The notes: generated from the sequence alone by a model not told the origin. A DNA stretch of 64,000 bases from Octopus vulgaris (GCA_951406725.2 OX597838.1:29140001-29204000), one strand, 5' to 3'. Shown: positions 28,584 to 42,442, numbered from the stretch's first letter. A program made the numbers and translations.

Positions 28584-28799
28584 TAATAATAATAAGTAGG
28601 TGTAAACACATGAACAAAATAAACAAAAACAAATTACACGAACGTGTATAAACAGGAGATACAAATATTGCAGGCGCTCCTCCCCCACACACTAACTAAA
28701 CATAGACACACATAGAGGTATACGCATGCACAAATAAAGACACATACAATAGGAATACAAAATACAAAAATGGCTGACCGTTAGTAAGGAGAGACACAC

Positions 28800-29042
28800 A
28801 AATAAGAAAGAAGAAAGCAAAGGACCACTGATGAGGTCACAGGAGTGTGACGAAAGAACTCTGACCGAAATAAGATTAAGATTAATGTAAAAAATAAATA
28901 AAGCTGAAGCAAATTAACACCAAATATATAGTGCGTGTGTTTTTATTGGCTAAACTGGCAAAATGACCATTCCGAAATACAACAATGTCTGTTTCAACAC
29001 GCGATTTCACATCAAGAATCTTGCAAAACAAATATATAAACG
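28800..29042 (+). mobile_element. Dispersed repeat (probable PLE terminal repeat) with hammerhead motif at 28822-28866
   Basis: CA-CUGAUGA-G-GUCACA(ggag)UGUGAC-GAAAG-AA-CUC/UG. Related copies at 45457-45644, 48905-49015 and 49650-49767. Confidence 0.7.
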
Positions 29043-29052
29043 TATATATATA

Positions 29053-29216
29053 TAGGCGTAGGAGTGGCTGTGTGGTAAGTTGCTTGTTTACGATCCACAT
29101 GATTCCGGGTTCAGTCCCAATGCGTGGCACCTTGGGCAAGTGCCTTCTACTATAGCCTCGGGCCAACCAAAGCCTTGTGAGTGGATTTGGCAGACGGAAA
29201 CTGAAAGAAACCCGTC

Positions 29217-29218
<2 letters not shown>
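29053..29218 (+). mobile_element. SINE family B 5' half
   Basis: AGGCGTAGGAGTGGCTGTGTGGTAAG...GAAACCCGTCG then (TA)n. Confidence 0.88.
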
Positions 29219-29274
<56 letters not shown>

Positions 29275-29520
29275 TTGTGTGTGTCTATTTTACTATCCTC
29301 AGCAGATCTTCACATCGGTAAATCCGTATGACTCCATAGAGACAGCATGTTGTCGGGAGAAATCATAAATTAATCAATTAAGGAGAGCAGATAATTATAT
29401 ATCCAGGTTTTAATGCACTTATTTACATCTTTTCATTTCGTACTTACAGATGTTTCTGCAACAGACCAATTTGCACGCTGCAATTTTAATTTCAGATGAA
29501 ATCTGAAAATGCTGATAATT

Positions 29521-29602
29521 GTGCTCTGAAGAAGCGGCAGCTGTGATTAGCAACCAAAATTTGCAGTGTGCACTAGCTTGCTGCAGAAACATAAGTAGGT
29601 AC
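29521..29602 (+). ncRNA. Type-I hammerhead motif inside an inverted duplication (about 29374-29651)
   Basis: GUGCU-CUGAAGA-A-GCGGCA...UGCUGC-A-GAAAC-AUAA-GUA/GGUAC: 5-bp stem I with two wobbles, 6-bp stem II. Confidence 0.7.
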
Positions 29603-29651
29603 GAAACGAAAAGATGTAAATAACTGCATTAAAACCTGTTCTCCTTAATTG

Positions 29652-29718
<67 letters not shown>

Positions 29719-29720
<2 letters not shown>

Positions 29721-29926
29721 ACGCCATGATAGATCGTTAGCCACTACACATTTTTTTCTCTCGTTGCTTTTTCTGTGTCCCTTTCTGTAGAAGAGCGTAG
29801 GCTCGAAACGTAAAAGACTTTTTCTATTCCTGAGCGCTATACTAATACTTTCCCTTTATATATATATATATATATATAAAGGGAAAGTATTAGTATAGCG
29901 CTCAGAATAGAAAAAGTCTTTTACGT
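29719..29926 (+). mobile_element. PLE-derived mini-element copy (internally deleted) plus inverted copy of its 3' end across (TA)n
   Basis: AGACGCCATGATAGATCG...CTTT-CTGTAGA-A-GAGCGTAGGCTC-GAAAC-GTA-AAAG (29781-29817). 29879-29926 is the reverse complement of its 3' end. Confidence 0.85.
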
Positions 29927-29940
29927 ATATATATATACAC

Positions 29941-29988
<48 letters not shown>

Positions 29989-30149
29989 GAAATGAAGAAA
30001 ATGCTGACAAATAATTGAAGTAATTTAAGTAATTTAATTAGGTGAAAGTTCTTTTTACCGGTTGCGCATTTGTTATGCTTATCAAAATATAAAAGAGAGA
30101 TTAGAGTTCCTTTCTTATAGAATTTTTCCTCTTTGTATATATATGTACA

Positions 30150-30322
30150 CCGTATTTTAAGGCGTATCATCGTTTATAAGTAAATCCCTAATTTTGGGGA
30201 CTTAAAATTTGGAAAAAAGGTTTCGTAAGGGATTATAATACTATCCTTGTATAAGAAGCTCCCACATTGTTTTAACCTAATTTTTGACAAAAAAAGGGTT
30301 CCTTATACACGTTAAAATACGG
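30150..30322. mobile_element. Tc1/mariner-superfamily MITE with CCGTA termini
   Basis: TIRs CCGTATTTTAA-GCGTAT and ATAC-CGTTAAAATACGG, with TA at the right flank. Confidence 0.7.
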
Positions 30323-30383
<61 letters not shown>

Positions 30384-30384
30384 G

Positions 30385-30492
30385 ACGGGTTTCTTTAAGT
30401 TTCCGTCTGCCAAATCCACCTACAAGGCTTTCGTCGGCTCAAGACTACAGTGAAAAAACTTGCCCAAGGTGTCACCGAAACAAGTAAAAGAT
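30385..30492 (-). mobile_element. SINE family B fragment
   Basis: GACGGG...GTTTCCGTCTGCCAAATCCAC...CTTGCCCAAGGTG. Confidence 0.7.
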
Positions 30493-30894
30493 ATACACTG
30501 CGGTAGTGGAGGTGGATGCGCTGTATGTCTGTGTGTGTGTGTGTGTGTGTGGGCGCGTGTCTACCAAATATGACTAAAATGTCAAACAGCTTGACTCAAG
30601 ACAGCCATCAACAATCACGTTTAATTAACAGGCCGCCACTCTTCCAGCCGACCAAGTTCAGCGATGACACGTAATTAAAAGATATTTGATAATTTCATTT
30701 GTGACTAGCAGCCACAACATTAATAATTTCCACATTAATGTCCGACTTATTATCACTCAACTCGCTTTTATATTGTTACGTTGATCAATTTATATTTTAT
30801 CCTCTTTACTCTCTCTCTCTCTCTCTCTCTGTTCTTCTTCTTCTTCGTCGTTTCCGCCTCTTCTTTTATTCTGCACACGTTCATTACCCATTCT

Positions 30895-30952
30895 TGCTGC
30901 TGCTGCTGCTGTTGCTGTTGTCGTTATTATTATTATCATTATTATTATTATT

Positions 30953-31026
<74 letters not shown>

Positions 31027-31034
31027 TATTATTA

Positions 31035-31089
<55 letters not shown>

Positions 31090-31097
31090 CATCATCC

Positions 31098-31128
<31 letters not shown>

Positions 31129-31136
31129 CATCATCA

Positions 31137-31188
<52 letters not shown>

Positions 31189-31306
31189 CATCATCATCAT
31201 TATTGTTGTGGTTGTTATCATCATCATCACCATCATCATCATCATCGTCATCATCATCATCATCATCGTCATCATCATCATCATCAAAACCACCACTACC
31301 ACCACC

Positions 31307-31340
<34 letters not shown>

Positions 31341-31657
31341 TCCTCCTCATCATCATTGTCGTCGTCGTCATCATCATCATCTTCATCAATATGATTATTA
31401 TCATTGTCGCTGTTGTTGTCACCGTTGTTACTGCTGCTGTTGTTGTTATGGTGGTTAGTCTTCGTGCCTTTGTGATTAAAAAAGCAATCATCGTCATCAT
31501 TATGGTCATCATCATCATCAACATCATCAACATCATTAACATCATAATCATCGTATTTGTCGTCGTCGTCGTCGTCATCGCCATCATCATCTTCATAATA
31601 TAATCTTCATCCTCACCGTTATGATTATCTTTATTTATTATCGTTATTATTACGAAA

Positions 31658-31719
<62 letters not shown>

Positions 31720-31790
31720 CATTATTATTATTATTATTATTATTAATCATCATCATCATTGTCGTCGTCGTTGTCGTCGTTATCATTTCT
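30895..31790. repeat. Compound trinucleotide microsatellite (ATT/ATC/ACC/GTC)
   Basis: Directly visible. Confidence 0.95.
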
Positions 31791-32330
31791 TATTAATTTT
31801 TATTATCTTCATTTATCCAGGGTTTCAGAAATAAACATCAAACGTTTCCCGACTTAAGACAAGAAATTTAGAAAGAAAATAAAATAAAAATAAAAAATTA
31901 AAATAAATAAAAAAAAGCGAAAGAGAAGAAAAAGGAACGTAAACGACGTCCGAAGTTGAAAAACATTCCGAAGTTTAAGGAAAATGTTCAAAGTTAAAAA
32001 ACAATAAAATATATTATGGAGGTTAATAAATATTGAACCATAACGGTCAGACATTTTCTATATATATATATATATAATTAATAATATCTGGGTAATAAAG
32101 ATTTTAGAAATTTTTACTATCAGTGGCCTATCTTGTAGAAAAATTAATCAATAGACTATGTATCATTCATATAAATACAGTGTACATTTAAACACATAAG
32201 AAGCATCCTATGAAGGGTACCTCTTATGTGTTTAAATGTACACTGTATTTATATATATATGTATGTATATATTAAAAGTGGAAGAGAAATCCCTTCGTTT
32301 CACATAGTTTTAATACCTTTTTATAAAGAA

Positions 32331-32397
<67 letters not shown>

Positions 32398-32399
32398 TA

Positions 32400-33768
32400 A
32401 ATAAATGGAGTTTAACGCAGGGGCAATCAAATATTTTTACTTTCGACACATGTTTCGAAAATTCCACTGATACTATTCAAAAGAATAAATGGTATAAACA
32501 ATGCAATCTTCTCCTCAGGAAAGTGAAAAAAGCGAAACTTGTCAATAAGACATTTTACCAAAAAATGATGGATTTGTATTGCGATAGACAGAACGCTATT
32601 AATATTGTTTAAATAAAACGTTATATGATATAACGTCATAAGTAGCTAACTGAAAGAGTAGGGATACCAATAGTGAATGTTAAATATAAAGGAAATTAAA
32701 GTTTAAATTATATATAATGATAGTGTCTACTTATATGCACTAAATGTATGTTTTTGCCAATGCTTACTCGTACATCTGTATGCTCGCTCTATAACCGTGT
32801 TTACTAGAGTATTTTTAGAAAAAATAATGAAAAATAGCTCAGAATTGCACAGAAGACAGAATTCCTTGCCTTTGTCACATGCTATCGAAATTGAGAGAAT
32901 CAACCATTCTAAATGAAATTGTTCATTGTGATCTTTTAAATCCCAAATCAGTTTGCTGAGACCGGTACTATTGTGTTTATTTCTATCCCTAAATGTTGAG
33001 TAATGGATAGAAATTCTTTAGATAACTCTAACGATGTGCTTCCAATGTAAAATCGTACTTTATTACGAGTACTGATTATACACTGGTATATAGAATTTTT
33101 AATATTAGAGTTACTTGACATAAACTTAATTGTATTGGAATTGACTTCAGATACAATAACCTTGTTATTAATATTTCTAGAGGGTTGGATGGTATTAGCT
33201 AAATTAATGTTAGTATTAGTAAATGTATTAATATTTAACAGTTTGTTATTATGAGAAGATATAATTTGCAAGAGATTTTTTGTGTTTGAAAAACCTATCC
33301 TAACCTTATGTGAATTAATTATAGAGTAATATCTAGAATTGTTTGGAAAACTCCTAGCAATAGCATGGCGAAACAGCAGTGGGAGATTAGATTTAATTTG
33401 TCTCCCGTAAGGAATTATTAACCAATTATTTTTACTAGTATTCATAGCGTAATTACTTTTGAAGGTGTTATATTTACTTTTAGATCGATAATAGGGGATA
33501 AAATAAGGGTTATCTGCCTTCATTCGCTTTGTATCGGTACGTAAGTTATGTTTGTTATCAATAATTCTTTTACGACTAGAAATCTTATTTACATTATTGA
33601 ATTTACAATTAGACTGAGCAGAATCAATGTAGAAAATTTTCTCTGTATAACCTGCTTTAATTAAGGTAGAGTTATAGAATTCAGCGTTATTATTGAAAAT
33701 ATCAACATTAGCAGATAATTTAGATAATCTAAATGAAATATTCTTAACTAAGTTCTTAGTAATTGCTC
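32400..33768 (-). mobile_element. 5'-truncated Penelope-like element (Naiad-type RT thumb, GIY-YIG endonuclease and 3' terminal repeat)
   Basis: RLSKLSANVDIFNNNAEFYNSTLIKAGY; WLIIPY...FP...KVRIGFSN...IISSHNNKLL; IYQC...FYIGST. After a frameshift: TGLSKLIWDLK...W...CLLCNSE...LVN...RCTSKH. Hammerhead in the 3' region. Confidence 0.85.
32439..32524 (-). ncRNA. Canonical minimal type-I hammerhead ribozyme
   Basis: ACUUUC-CUGAGGA-GAAGAUU...AAUUUUC-GAAAC-AUGU-GUC/GAAAGU: perfect 6-bp stem I, 7-bp stem II with G10.1-C11.1, GUC triplet. Predicted cut between 32445 and 32444. Confidence 0.88.
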
Positions 33769-34159
33769 ATATATTAACGAAGAGAAAAAGAGAGATACTA
33801 GAAAGCTTCTGACAATACGGAAAGATTTACAAAACCTTTATATTTCAGACGCAGTGGCTTATCCTCAGAAGAAAAACGGTCCAGTTATGCAGGTTCTGTT
33901 AATCCATGCAAATCCCAGGTATTTGAATATAAGAAAGCAGAGAAAGAGAAAACAGAATTCACGAGATATATTTATTACATATTTTCTAATCCAAAACGGA
34001 GACGAATGCCAACATATCTACGTGCCACGCTTAAACATTTGAGAAGATCTTGTCACATGAAACTACTGGCTGCCTTGTTAACTCACAAATAAGGTTTATA
34101 TATTTGACTGTTTAGACTGTTATTTCAAGCAGGTTGACATACCTAGTATGTCCTTTGCT

Positions 34160-34203
<44 letters not shown>

Positions 34204-34351
34204 GGGACATACTAGGTATGTCAACCTGCTTGAAATAACAGTCAAAACTCTTATTAAATCGCCAAAAATACACTGATGAAAACTACAGAAATCAAACGAA
34301 GGCAAAATCAGGTTAAGACAATCTATTAACATACATTTAAGTATTTGGACT

Positions 34352-34406
34352 CACGTGGATCGATTTCTGCATTGGTAAAATAAAACCTTAGCTTCTTCAG
34401 CACGTG
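34352..34406 (-). ncRNA. Minimal type-I hammerhead motif
   Basis: CACGUG-CUGAAGA-A-GC..GGU...ACC..GC-A-GAAA-UCGA-UC/CACGUG: perfect 6-bp stem I, palindromic AUCGAU stem III, AUC triplet. Confidence 0.75.
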
Positions 34407-34682
34407 TTACCATGATTAGAGACTCCCAACCCATCGCTTCGAAGTCTGTGCTGCAACTGAATTCGTTTCACGCCGAAATCATAACAGCCACCAGTGTAAA
34501 ATTATCTCGATACAATTTACGAGAATAATAATTAACCAAAAATATATGCATGTATGTAAATGTATGTATGTAAATATATATACATGTATATGTATGTCTG
34601 TAAATATATATATATTTATGTATGTATATATATATATATATATATATGTATATGTATGTATGTATGTATGTATGTATCTATG

Positions 34683-34753
<71 letters not shown>

Positions 34754-34853
34754 GGGTGTGTATATAAACTTTATTTGTGGATGAACAAGGTAACCAACAC
34801 ACATACATATGTTTATATATGTATGTAATATCTCAGTTACCTTATTAAATTAC

Positions 34854-35095
34854 TTGATCTGTGTGAAATAGCAGTCCAGTGAGCACATAGGAACTCCGTT
34901 GTTGAGTCCGTCCCTATGTAGCTGGTAGAAACGGTCGTGATTCGAACTTAAATTTTTTTGGCTTTGCACGACTGAAGTCTGTCTGTCAAAGTCGCTGCGT
35001 TCAAACCTCAGCGAGCTCAAATCTATACCTCCGCAAAATACTTCTGATCCTGATAAATGAGTTACCACTATGGGCTTTCTTGAGGGCGGAGTGAA
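34854..35095 (-). CDS. Candidate coding exon of an unidentified minus-strand gene
   Basis: Unique, relatively GC-rich island. Acceptor ttcacatccag, 80 open codons (FTPPSRKPIVV...VPMCSLDCYFTQI), donor CAA/gtaatt. No recognised domain. Confidence 0.35.
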
Positions 35096-35309
35096 CTGGA
35101 TGTGAACAACAACATTACGAACAAGAACAACAACGAATACAGCATCGTCAACAACCGCAGCAGCAAAACTACCATTAATATGATAATTTAGATGATCGAA
35201 ATTAGAACAAGTGTTGTAGACTGATCAAATATATATTAATTAAATGAATTAGAAATTGCTGAATAAACAAATACGGAATATTTCTTATCCAATTGCGAGG
35301 TTCCATTTT

Positions 35310-35328
35310 ACACGCACACACACACACA

Positions 35329-35372
<44 letters not shown>

Positions 35373-35590
35373 TACACGCACAAATACACGCACAAATACA
35401 CGCACAAATATATACACACACACACAAACACACACACAAATACACGCACAAATATACACAAACACACACACACACAAACACATACACAAACACACACAAA
35501 CGCACACATACAAACACACACACAAACACGCAAACACGCACAATCACACACACACAAATACACACACAAACACACACAAACACACACACA

Positions 35591-35626
<36 letters not shown>

Positions 35627-35930
35627 CACACAAACACACACACGCACAAACACACAGACATGCACACAAACACACACAAACACATACACACACAAACACA
35701 CACAAACGCACACATACAAACACACACACAAACACACGCAAACACGCACAATCACACACACACAAATACACACACGCACACACACAAACACACAAATACG
35801 CACACAAACACACGCACACACACACTAACACACAAACACACACACGCACAAAAATACAGACACACACACAAATACACACACACGCACACATACACACACA
35901 TACACACACACACAAATACGCACACACATG
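35310..35930. repeat. CA-rich compound microsatellite
   Basis: Directly visible. Confidence 0.95.
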
Positions 35931-36141
35931 TTTTGTATGCTTTTGAAGATTTGCTGTCCCTCACTATTTCATTCATGAATAATTTTATACAAGTCTTGTC
36001 TAATTTAGAATCAGTTATGTGTAATTTGGTTGAAAGGGAAAAGCTACCGAAACAATTGTTACTAATATTAAACTTATGTTACACTGATATATTCATCCTA
36101 AGCTTTGTCTTGTATGAATGTGTATACACACGCACATACAT

Positions 36142-36264
<123 letters not shown>

Positions 36265-36733
36265 GTATATATGTATACATATGTATATATATAAATATGG
36301 CTAGGCAGATAAATATAGAGGGATAGATAAATATATGTGTAACATGCGCACATATTACTGGCGTTTATGTATTTCATCAGGTAAGAAAGTAAAGTGAAAG
36401 TAGAAAGGAACAAAAATAGGACACGCCAACAAAAATAAATACGATCATCAAAGCTTTGAAAAGGAGTTTTTGACTCGAAATATAAGCACTAATTAAATGT
36501 TTCTAAGGTAACATATCTACAGAACATTTATATTATTTTCTTTTATCTTACATTCTTCTCACATTCAATAACACTCTGAATTTCTACATATTCCACAATG
36601 CTTCAAGCGAACTGTAATGTTCTTCATTATGTACAGACACACAAACGCACATGCACATACATACACTGAGACACACTCAAACATACACCCACACATATTT
36701 AAACAGAAGGCGGAAAATAAATGTTCACATGCA

Positions 36734-36797
<64 letters not shown>

Positions 36798-36964
36798 AGG
36801 TAGATAGACATGTGTTTGTGTGAGAATGTGTATATATATATATATATGTTTGTATATGTGTATATGTATATGTATGTGTATATTTAAATATATATGAATG
36901 TGCGTGTATGCGTGTGTGTATGTGTCAATATGTATAAGTATATATATATACATATTTATATATA

Positions 36965-37127
<163 letters not shown>

Positions 37128-37439
37128 GTGTGTATTTATGATTGTATGTATGCAAGTGTTCTCTAAAACGATGATAAATCGATGAATATGAAAAGTTCTA
37201 CAGATGGAAATGGAAAGAAATAAAAAAAAAAGTAAATAAATAAATAAATAAAACAATGAAAATAAAAAGGAACAACAACAAGCAAAAACAAAAGTACATA
37301 AGTAAGAAAGAAGGAAAGAGTGAAAGACCTAATGGAATGCCTTTATTTACGACGCTGCTGTAATTGTTGTTGCTGTTATGGTCGTTGCCGTTGTTGGTGT
37401 TGTTGTTATTGTCATCGCTGTCGTTGCTGCTGCTGCTGC

Positions 37440-37472
<33 letters not shown>

Positions 37473-37638
37473 CGTTGTCGTCGTCGTTGTTGTTGTTTGT
37501 AAGAGTCGGATCGATAGTGGTATTACTTTAAATGTTTGACTTCCCTGTTTCGCCATTCTTCTAAGTCGACATGTCATTAACATTAACGATGGCACACCTT
37601 CCGAGACAGGGAGACTCGGAGAGAGAGAGAGAGAGAAG

Positions 37639-37674
<36 letters not shown>

Positions 37675-37914
37675 GAGAGACGTGTATAGTGGGGAGCGGG
37701 AGAGGGGAAGAGTGGGGAGAGGAAGAGTGTGTGTGTGTGTGAGTGCATGTAAATGTGAGCAAGACATACGTCTATATTTCAATGCGTTTACATACACACT
37801 CACATAAATATACATGTATACAGACACACGTATATACATATATTTATATATACATATATATAAATATATGTATATATATATGTATGTATATATATATATA
37901 TGTGTGTGTATATG

Positions 37915-37953
<39 letters not shown>

Positions 37954-38012
37954 TATGTTCGTTTGTTTTCCACCTGCCTTCGTCTTTTGTTTATTTTCAT
38001 AAAGCTTCCCGT

Positions 38013-38059
<47 letters not shown>

Positions 38060-38103
38060 TAAGACGTGCGTAAATATCAAGTGCATGATATATTCAAGCA
38101 CAT

Positions 38104-38139
<36 letters not shown>

Positions 38140-38392
38140 GAGTGCAAATGTGTGCGTGCATTTACATACATGCATGTGTGTGTGTGTGTGTTTGTGTGTA
38201 AGAATATGAATATATAAGGGCATTTGTGCGTATGTATGTATAAATATATATATACATAAATGCAGATATATAAATATATGTGCAAATATGCATGTAAATG
38301 TATTTATCCCACATGTAACGTTTCATATCTGAATGGAGTAATATTTTAAATTGCTCTATCTGCATAACAATATATATATATATATGTATACG

Positions 38393-38491
<99 letters not shown>

Positions 38492-38494
38492 GTG

Positions 38495-38546
<52 letters not shown>

Positions 38547-38664
38547 TACATACATATACATACATACATACATACATACATACATACATACATACATACA
38601 TACATACATACATACATACATTTTATATTTATATATATATATAGAGAGAGAGAAATAGATAATG

Positions 38665-38717
<53 letters not shown>

Positions 38718-40002
38718 TATAATAATAATAATGATAATAATATTAATAATAATATATGCTCATGTATTTTCTATACATGAATTAACTTTACCACTCTCTA
38801 TAAAAGTGTGCCTCTCCCCACTTTATGTGTGTATGTGTCAGTGTGCGCGCGTGTGTGTGTGTGTGCGCACGTGTGTGTGTGAGTGTCTGTCTGTCTGCCT
38901 GTCGGTCGGTCGGTCGGTCTGTCTGTGTCTGTGTGTGTTACCTGTGTTTCTGAAATTATCTACATTATCATTCGGAATATAATTCATTCTTGGCATCGTA
39001 ATAATAATGATCAGTACAAGAAGCATAAATGTTTGAATATCTGTGTGTGTATCTACGCGCACGCGCATACATCCCTTCCACACACACGCACACACACATA
39101 CACACGCACAACCATGTATGTATTATTATGTATATTTATGCATGCATACATATATATATTTACATATGAATATATATCCATAAATTCATTTATATGCTGG
39201 CATATGTATATAGAAAAAAAAATTCATCCTTTTTTAATAGTATATATATATATATAAGAAGAAGGGACAGGCAAAACAGGTTGCTTGACCGCATAGACTT
39301 CGTATTCGTTATCTATTCCTTCTGTTTTGCATATGTGAATTACAGGGTCTGTCATGCCCGGAGTCCAACTTTGATAGAAATAAGCATTCTTGACTGCTAT
39401 TTCTATTTTTTCGGTATGCGGTCAAGCAACCTGTTTTGCCTGTCCCTTCTTCTTATATACAATATATATACTGAACTTTACAGAAGTTCCTGCCGGTAAT
39501 CGGCTATATTTACATACCGAATTCTACCAGTAAATAATTGGGGTTTTTTTAAAAGCCTTTATAGAAATTATTTACTCTTACCATTATATATATATATATA
39601 TATATATACTATTAAAAAAGGATGAATTTTTTTTTCTCTACAGAAAAAAATTCCATCAGGAAGTGTGGCAGTATATTAAAAGAACCTTTACGGTTAAAAA
39701 TTATAAATATCTTATAAGCAATGGCTAAAGAAGATCATTCTAAACTTATATTCCACATTTAATCCGCTTGCTACAGAAAATTGAACTGAAATTCGGGCAA
39801 CTAACCATTGGAACGTTTAAATTTCGTTATCTCAATATTGAATCAATTTCGGAATTAACCACATAAGGGTTAAACCTTCCAATGGTTAGTTGCCCGAATT
39901 TCAGTTCAATTTTCTGTAGCAAGCGGATTAAATGTGGAATATCAGTATATTGGCTTTAGAATAATCTTCTTTAGCCATTGCTTATAATATATATATATAT
40001 AT

Positions 40003-40371
40003 AGGCGCAGGAGTGGCTGTGTGGTAAGTAGCTTGCTAACCAACCACATGGTTCCGGGTTCAGTCCCACTGCGTGGCACCTTGGGCAAGTGTCTTCTGCT
40101 ATAGCCCCGGGCCGACCAATGCCTTGTGAGTGGATTTGGTAGACGGAAACTGAAAGAAGCCTGTCGTATATAAGTATATATATGTATGTGTGTGTGTGTG
40201 TGTTTGTGTTTGTCCCCCTAGCATTGCTTGACAACCGATGCTGGTGTGCTTATGTCCCCGTTACTTGGCGGTTCGGCAAAAAGAGACCGATAGAATAAGT
40301 ACTAAAGGCGGTGCCCCAGCATGGCCGCAGTCAAATGACTGAAACAAGTAAAAGAGTAAAAGAGTAAAAGA

Positions 40372-40372
<1 letters not shown>
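40003..40372 (+). mobile_element. tRNA-derived SINE family B reference copy (internal TA/TG microsatellite, (TAAAAGAG)n tail)
   Basis: A-box-like GTGGCTGTGTGG, B-box-like GGTTCAGTCCC, tail AAGTAAAAGAGTAAAAGAG. More than 10 related copies in the window. Confidence 0.92.
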
Positions 40373-40443
<71 letters not shown>

Positions 40444-40699
40444 GTATGTGTGTGTTTGCGTGTGTGAGTGTGTGTCTCTCTGTGTGTGTGTGTGTGTATG
40501 TGTAAACCCTTTGACAAGGTGGATGGTGGCATGTCACAAGCTGCGAGTTCTTGGCATAGCATGCGACCTAGGAAAGTGGCTACATGAATTCTTTTAAAGA
40601 TAGAAGTTAGGCAGTTTCAGCCAGTGGTGCCCTGTCTGGGGAAATGCTAATTCTAAGTGGAACTGTTATATTTATCATAGCTCTCTTAAACATGCCCAT

Positions 40700-41470
40700 G
40701 GTCACCCATTGTCACTCATGGTCATTCATCGCTACTGTCACAAGCTGAAGATACAAAATTATCATAGGCAATAAAAGCTTCTGCTTATGACGTAAGCTAG
40801 CAACGGGATCTAGAAGCAATATGTAAGAGGACTGAAGAAAACATGCAGTTTCATTGTGGAAGATTTCATGCCCGGTTCACAGATGCACCACAGCCTGCAT
40901 ATATAGGATACGAAGTCACCGTTATCACATAGTCACAGGGAAATACATGTAGATCAGTAAGCGTAGTGAAGCATCCTTTCATGTGTGCATTACCAAGATG
41001 GCAACAAAGTGTAAACAACTGGCAGGATGGATACTAAAGCCTTTCAGGATAAAAGATCAAGAAGTTAAGTTGACCCTTTAGAAAACATTTTTCTCAGCAA
41101 ACTCGACTAATTTTCTCAGCTGTTGTCACCGCTTAGTTTCAAACTGACAGTTGAGCTCGAAGTGATCCGGCGCTACTGCACCAAAAACATTGCTACAGAG
41201 CAACAAACGAATTTCTAGAAGTTGAAAACCTTATGGTTTTAATCCCTGGAGTGAAGACGCGACAGATATGTAGCAATTTACTCGTGGAAAATCCATCCTG
41301 GAAGCTCTGGAGCCTAACTTCGGAATTAAGGGTTATACAAATGTCCGAATTGGATGCCATTGCGTAATAGTAAAAGTATTGTTCACTCCTTCTAAAATGA
41401 GGACCAGGAACTGTGATAGATGGAGGTTCAAAAAGCCATGACTCTTCAGTGTTCTGTCAAAAGAACTATG
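40700..41470 (+). mobile_element. Old CR1-group LINE ORF2 C-terminal remnant
   Basis: Degenerate peptide LAGWILKPFR...SKLD*FSQLLSP...ELE...SLE*RRDRYVAIYSWKI...PNFGI with many stops and frameshifts. Confidence 0.75.
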
Positions 41471-41804
41471 AAATGGGAATGCTTATGCAAGAATAGATAG
41501 GAACCATATTTACGCATGGAGTGTTCTAATTCATAAAATTTCAACTTAAAAGCAATACACCTAAGTGTATATGCAAGAATATCTATTATTTAGAGGATGC
41601 ATTGAAACAGCTGTAAAGATATCATTATTTCTTGCTATGTTATGTAACAATTTATGTAAATATATTCGTTCGTTGAACTCTCTTTATATATATATATGTG
41701 TGTGAGTGTGTATACACACATGCATACATATATGTGCGAACATAGGTGTATATATACATGTATGTAAATATACAAATACATGCACATGTATGTCTCTGTA
41801 CCTG

Positions 41805-41948
<144 letters not shown>

Positions 41949-42442
41949 CTAAGCAAAAAAACGGAGAGATTTAATGGATAAAATTAATTTATTAACTTTG
42001 TCTACAATTGCTTCAATTCACACTCAATTGATTTTGAGTGGAATACCATCAGTGCGATATTACATCTTTTAAGACTTTTATATATCTTATTTTATAATAT
42101 TTTAAGAAAACATATCGCACACACAGGCAAATAATTAAACATACTCTCATCTACTTAATCTGTTAGAATGTCTCAACAGGTCAACGTGTAACTTCCTTAA
42201 TGTCTCTTCATCCTGAGACATTCTACTCAAAATTTTCAATTGGATGTGAATTGAAACAATAATAGGCAATGTTAATTAATTAATAAATTAATTTTATCCA
42301 TTAAATATTTACATTTACTTGCTTAATATTTGATATTTTTAATATATTTATTGAAGATATATCTCTTCACAGTATAATATATTAAATCAGTTTAACTTGG
42401 ATGGAGCCACCCATATAAGAGGTTTTTATCCTCAAATTGGCT

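Noticed and set aside
32740-33523. Possible selenocysteine read-through in the Naiad-type ORF
   Set aside because: The TGA ending the listed ORF is out of frame after a frameshift; the corrected frame has no in-frame TGA.
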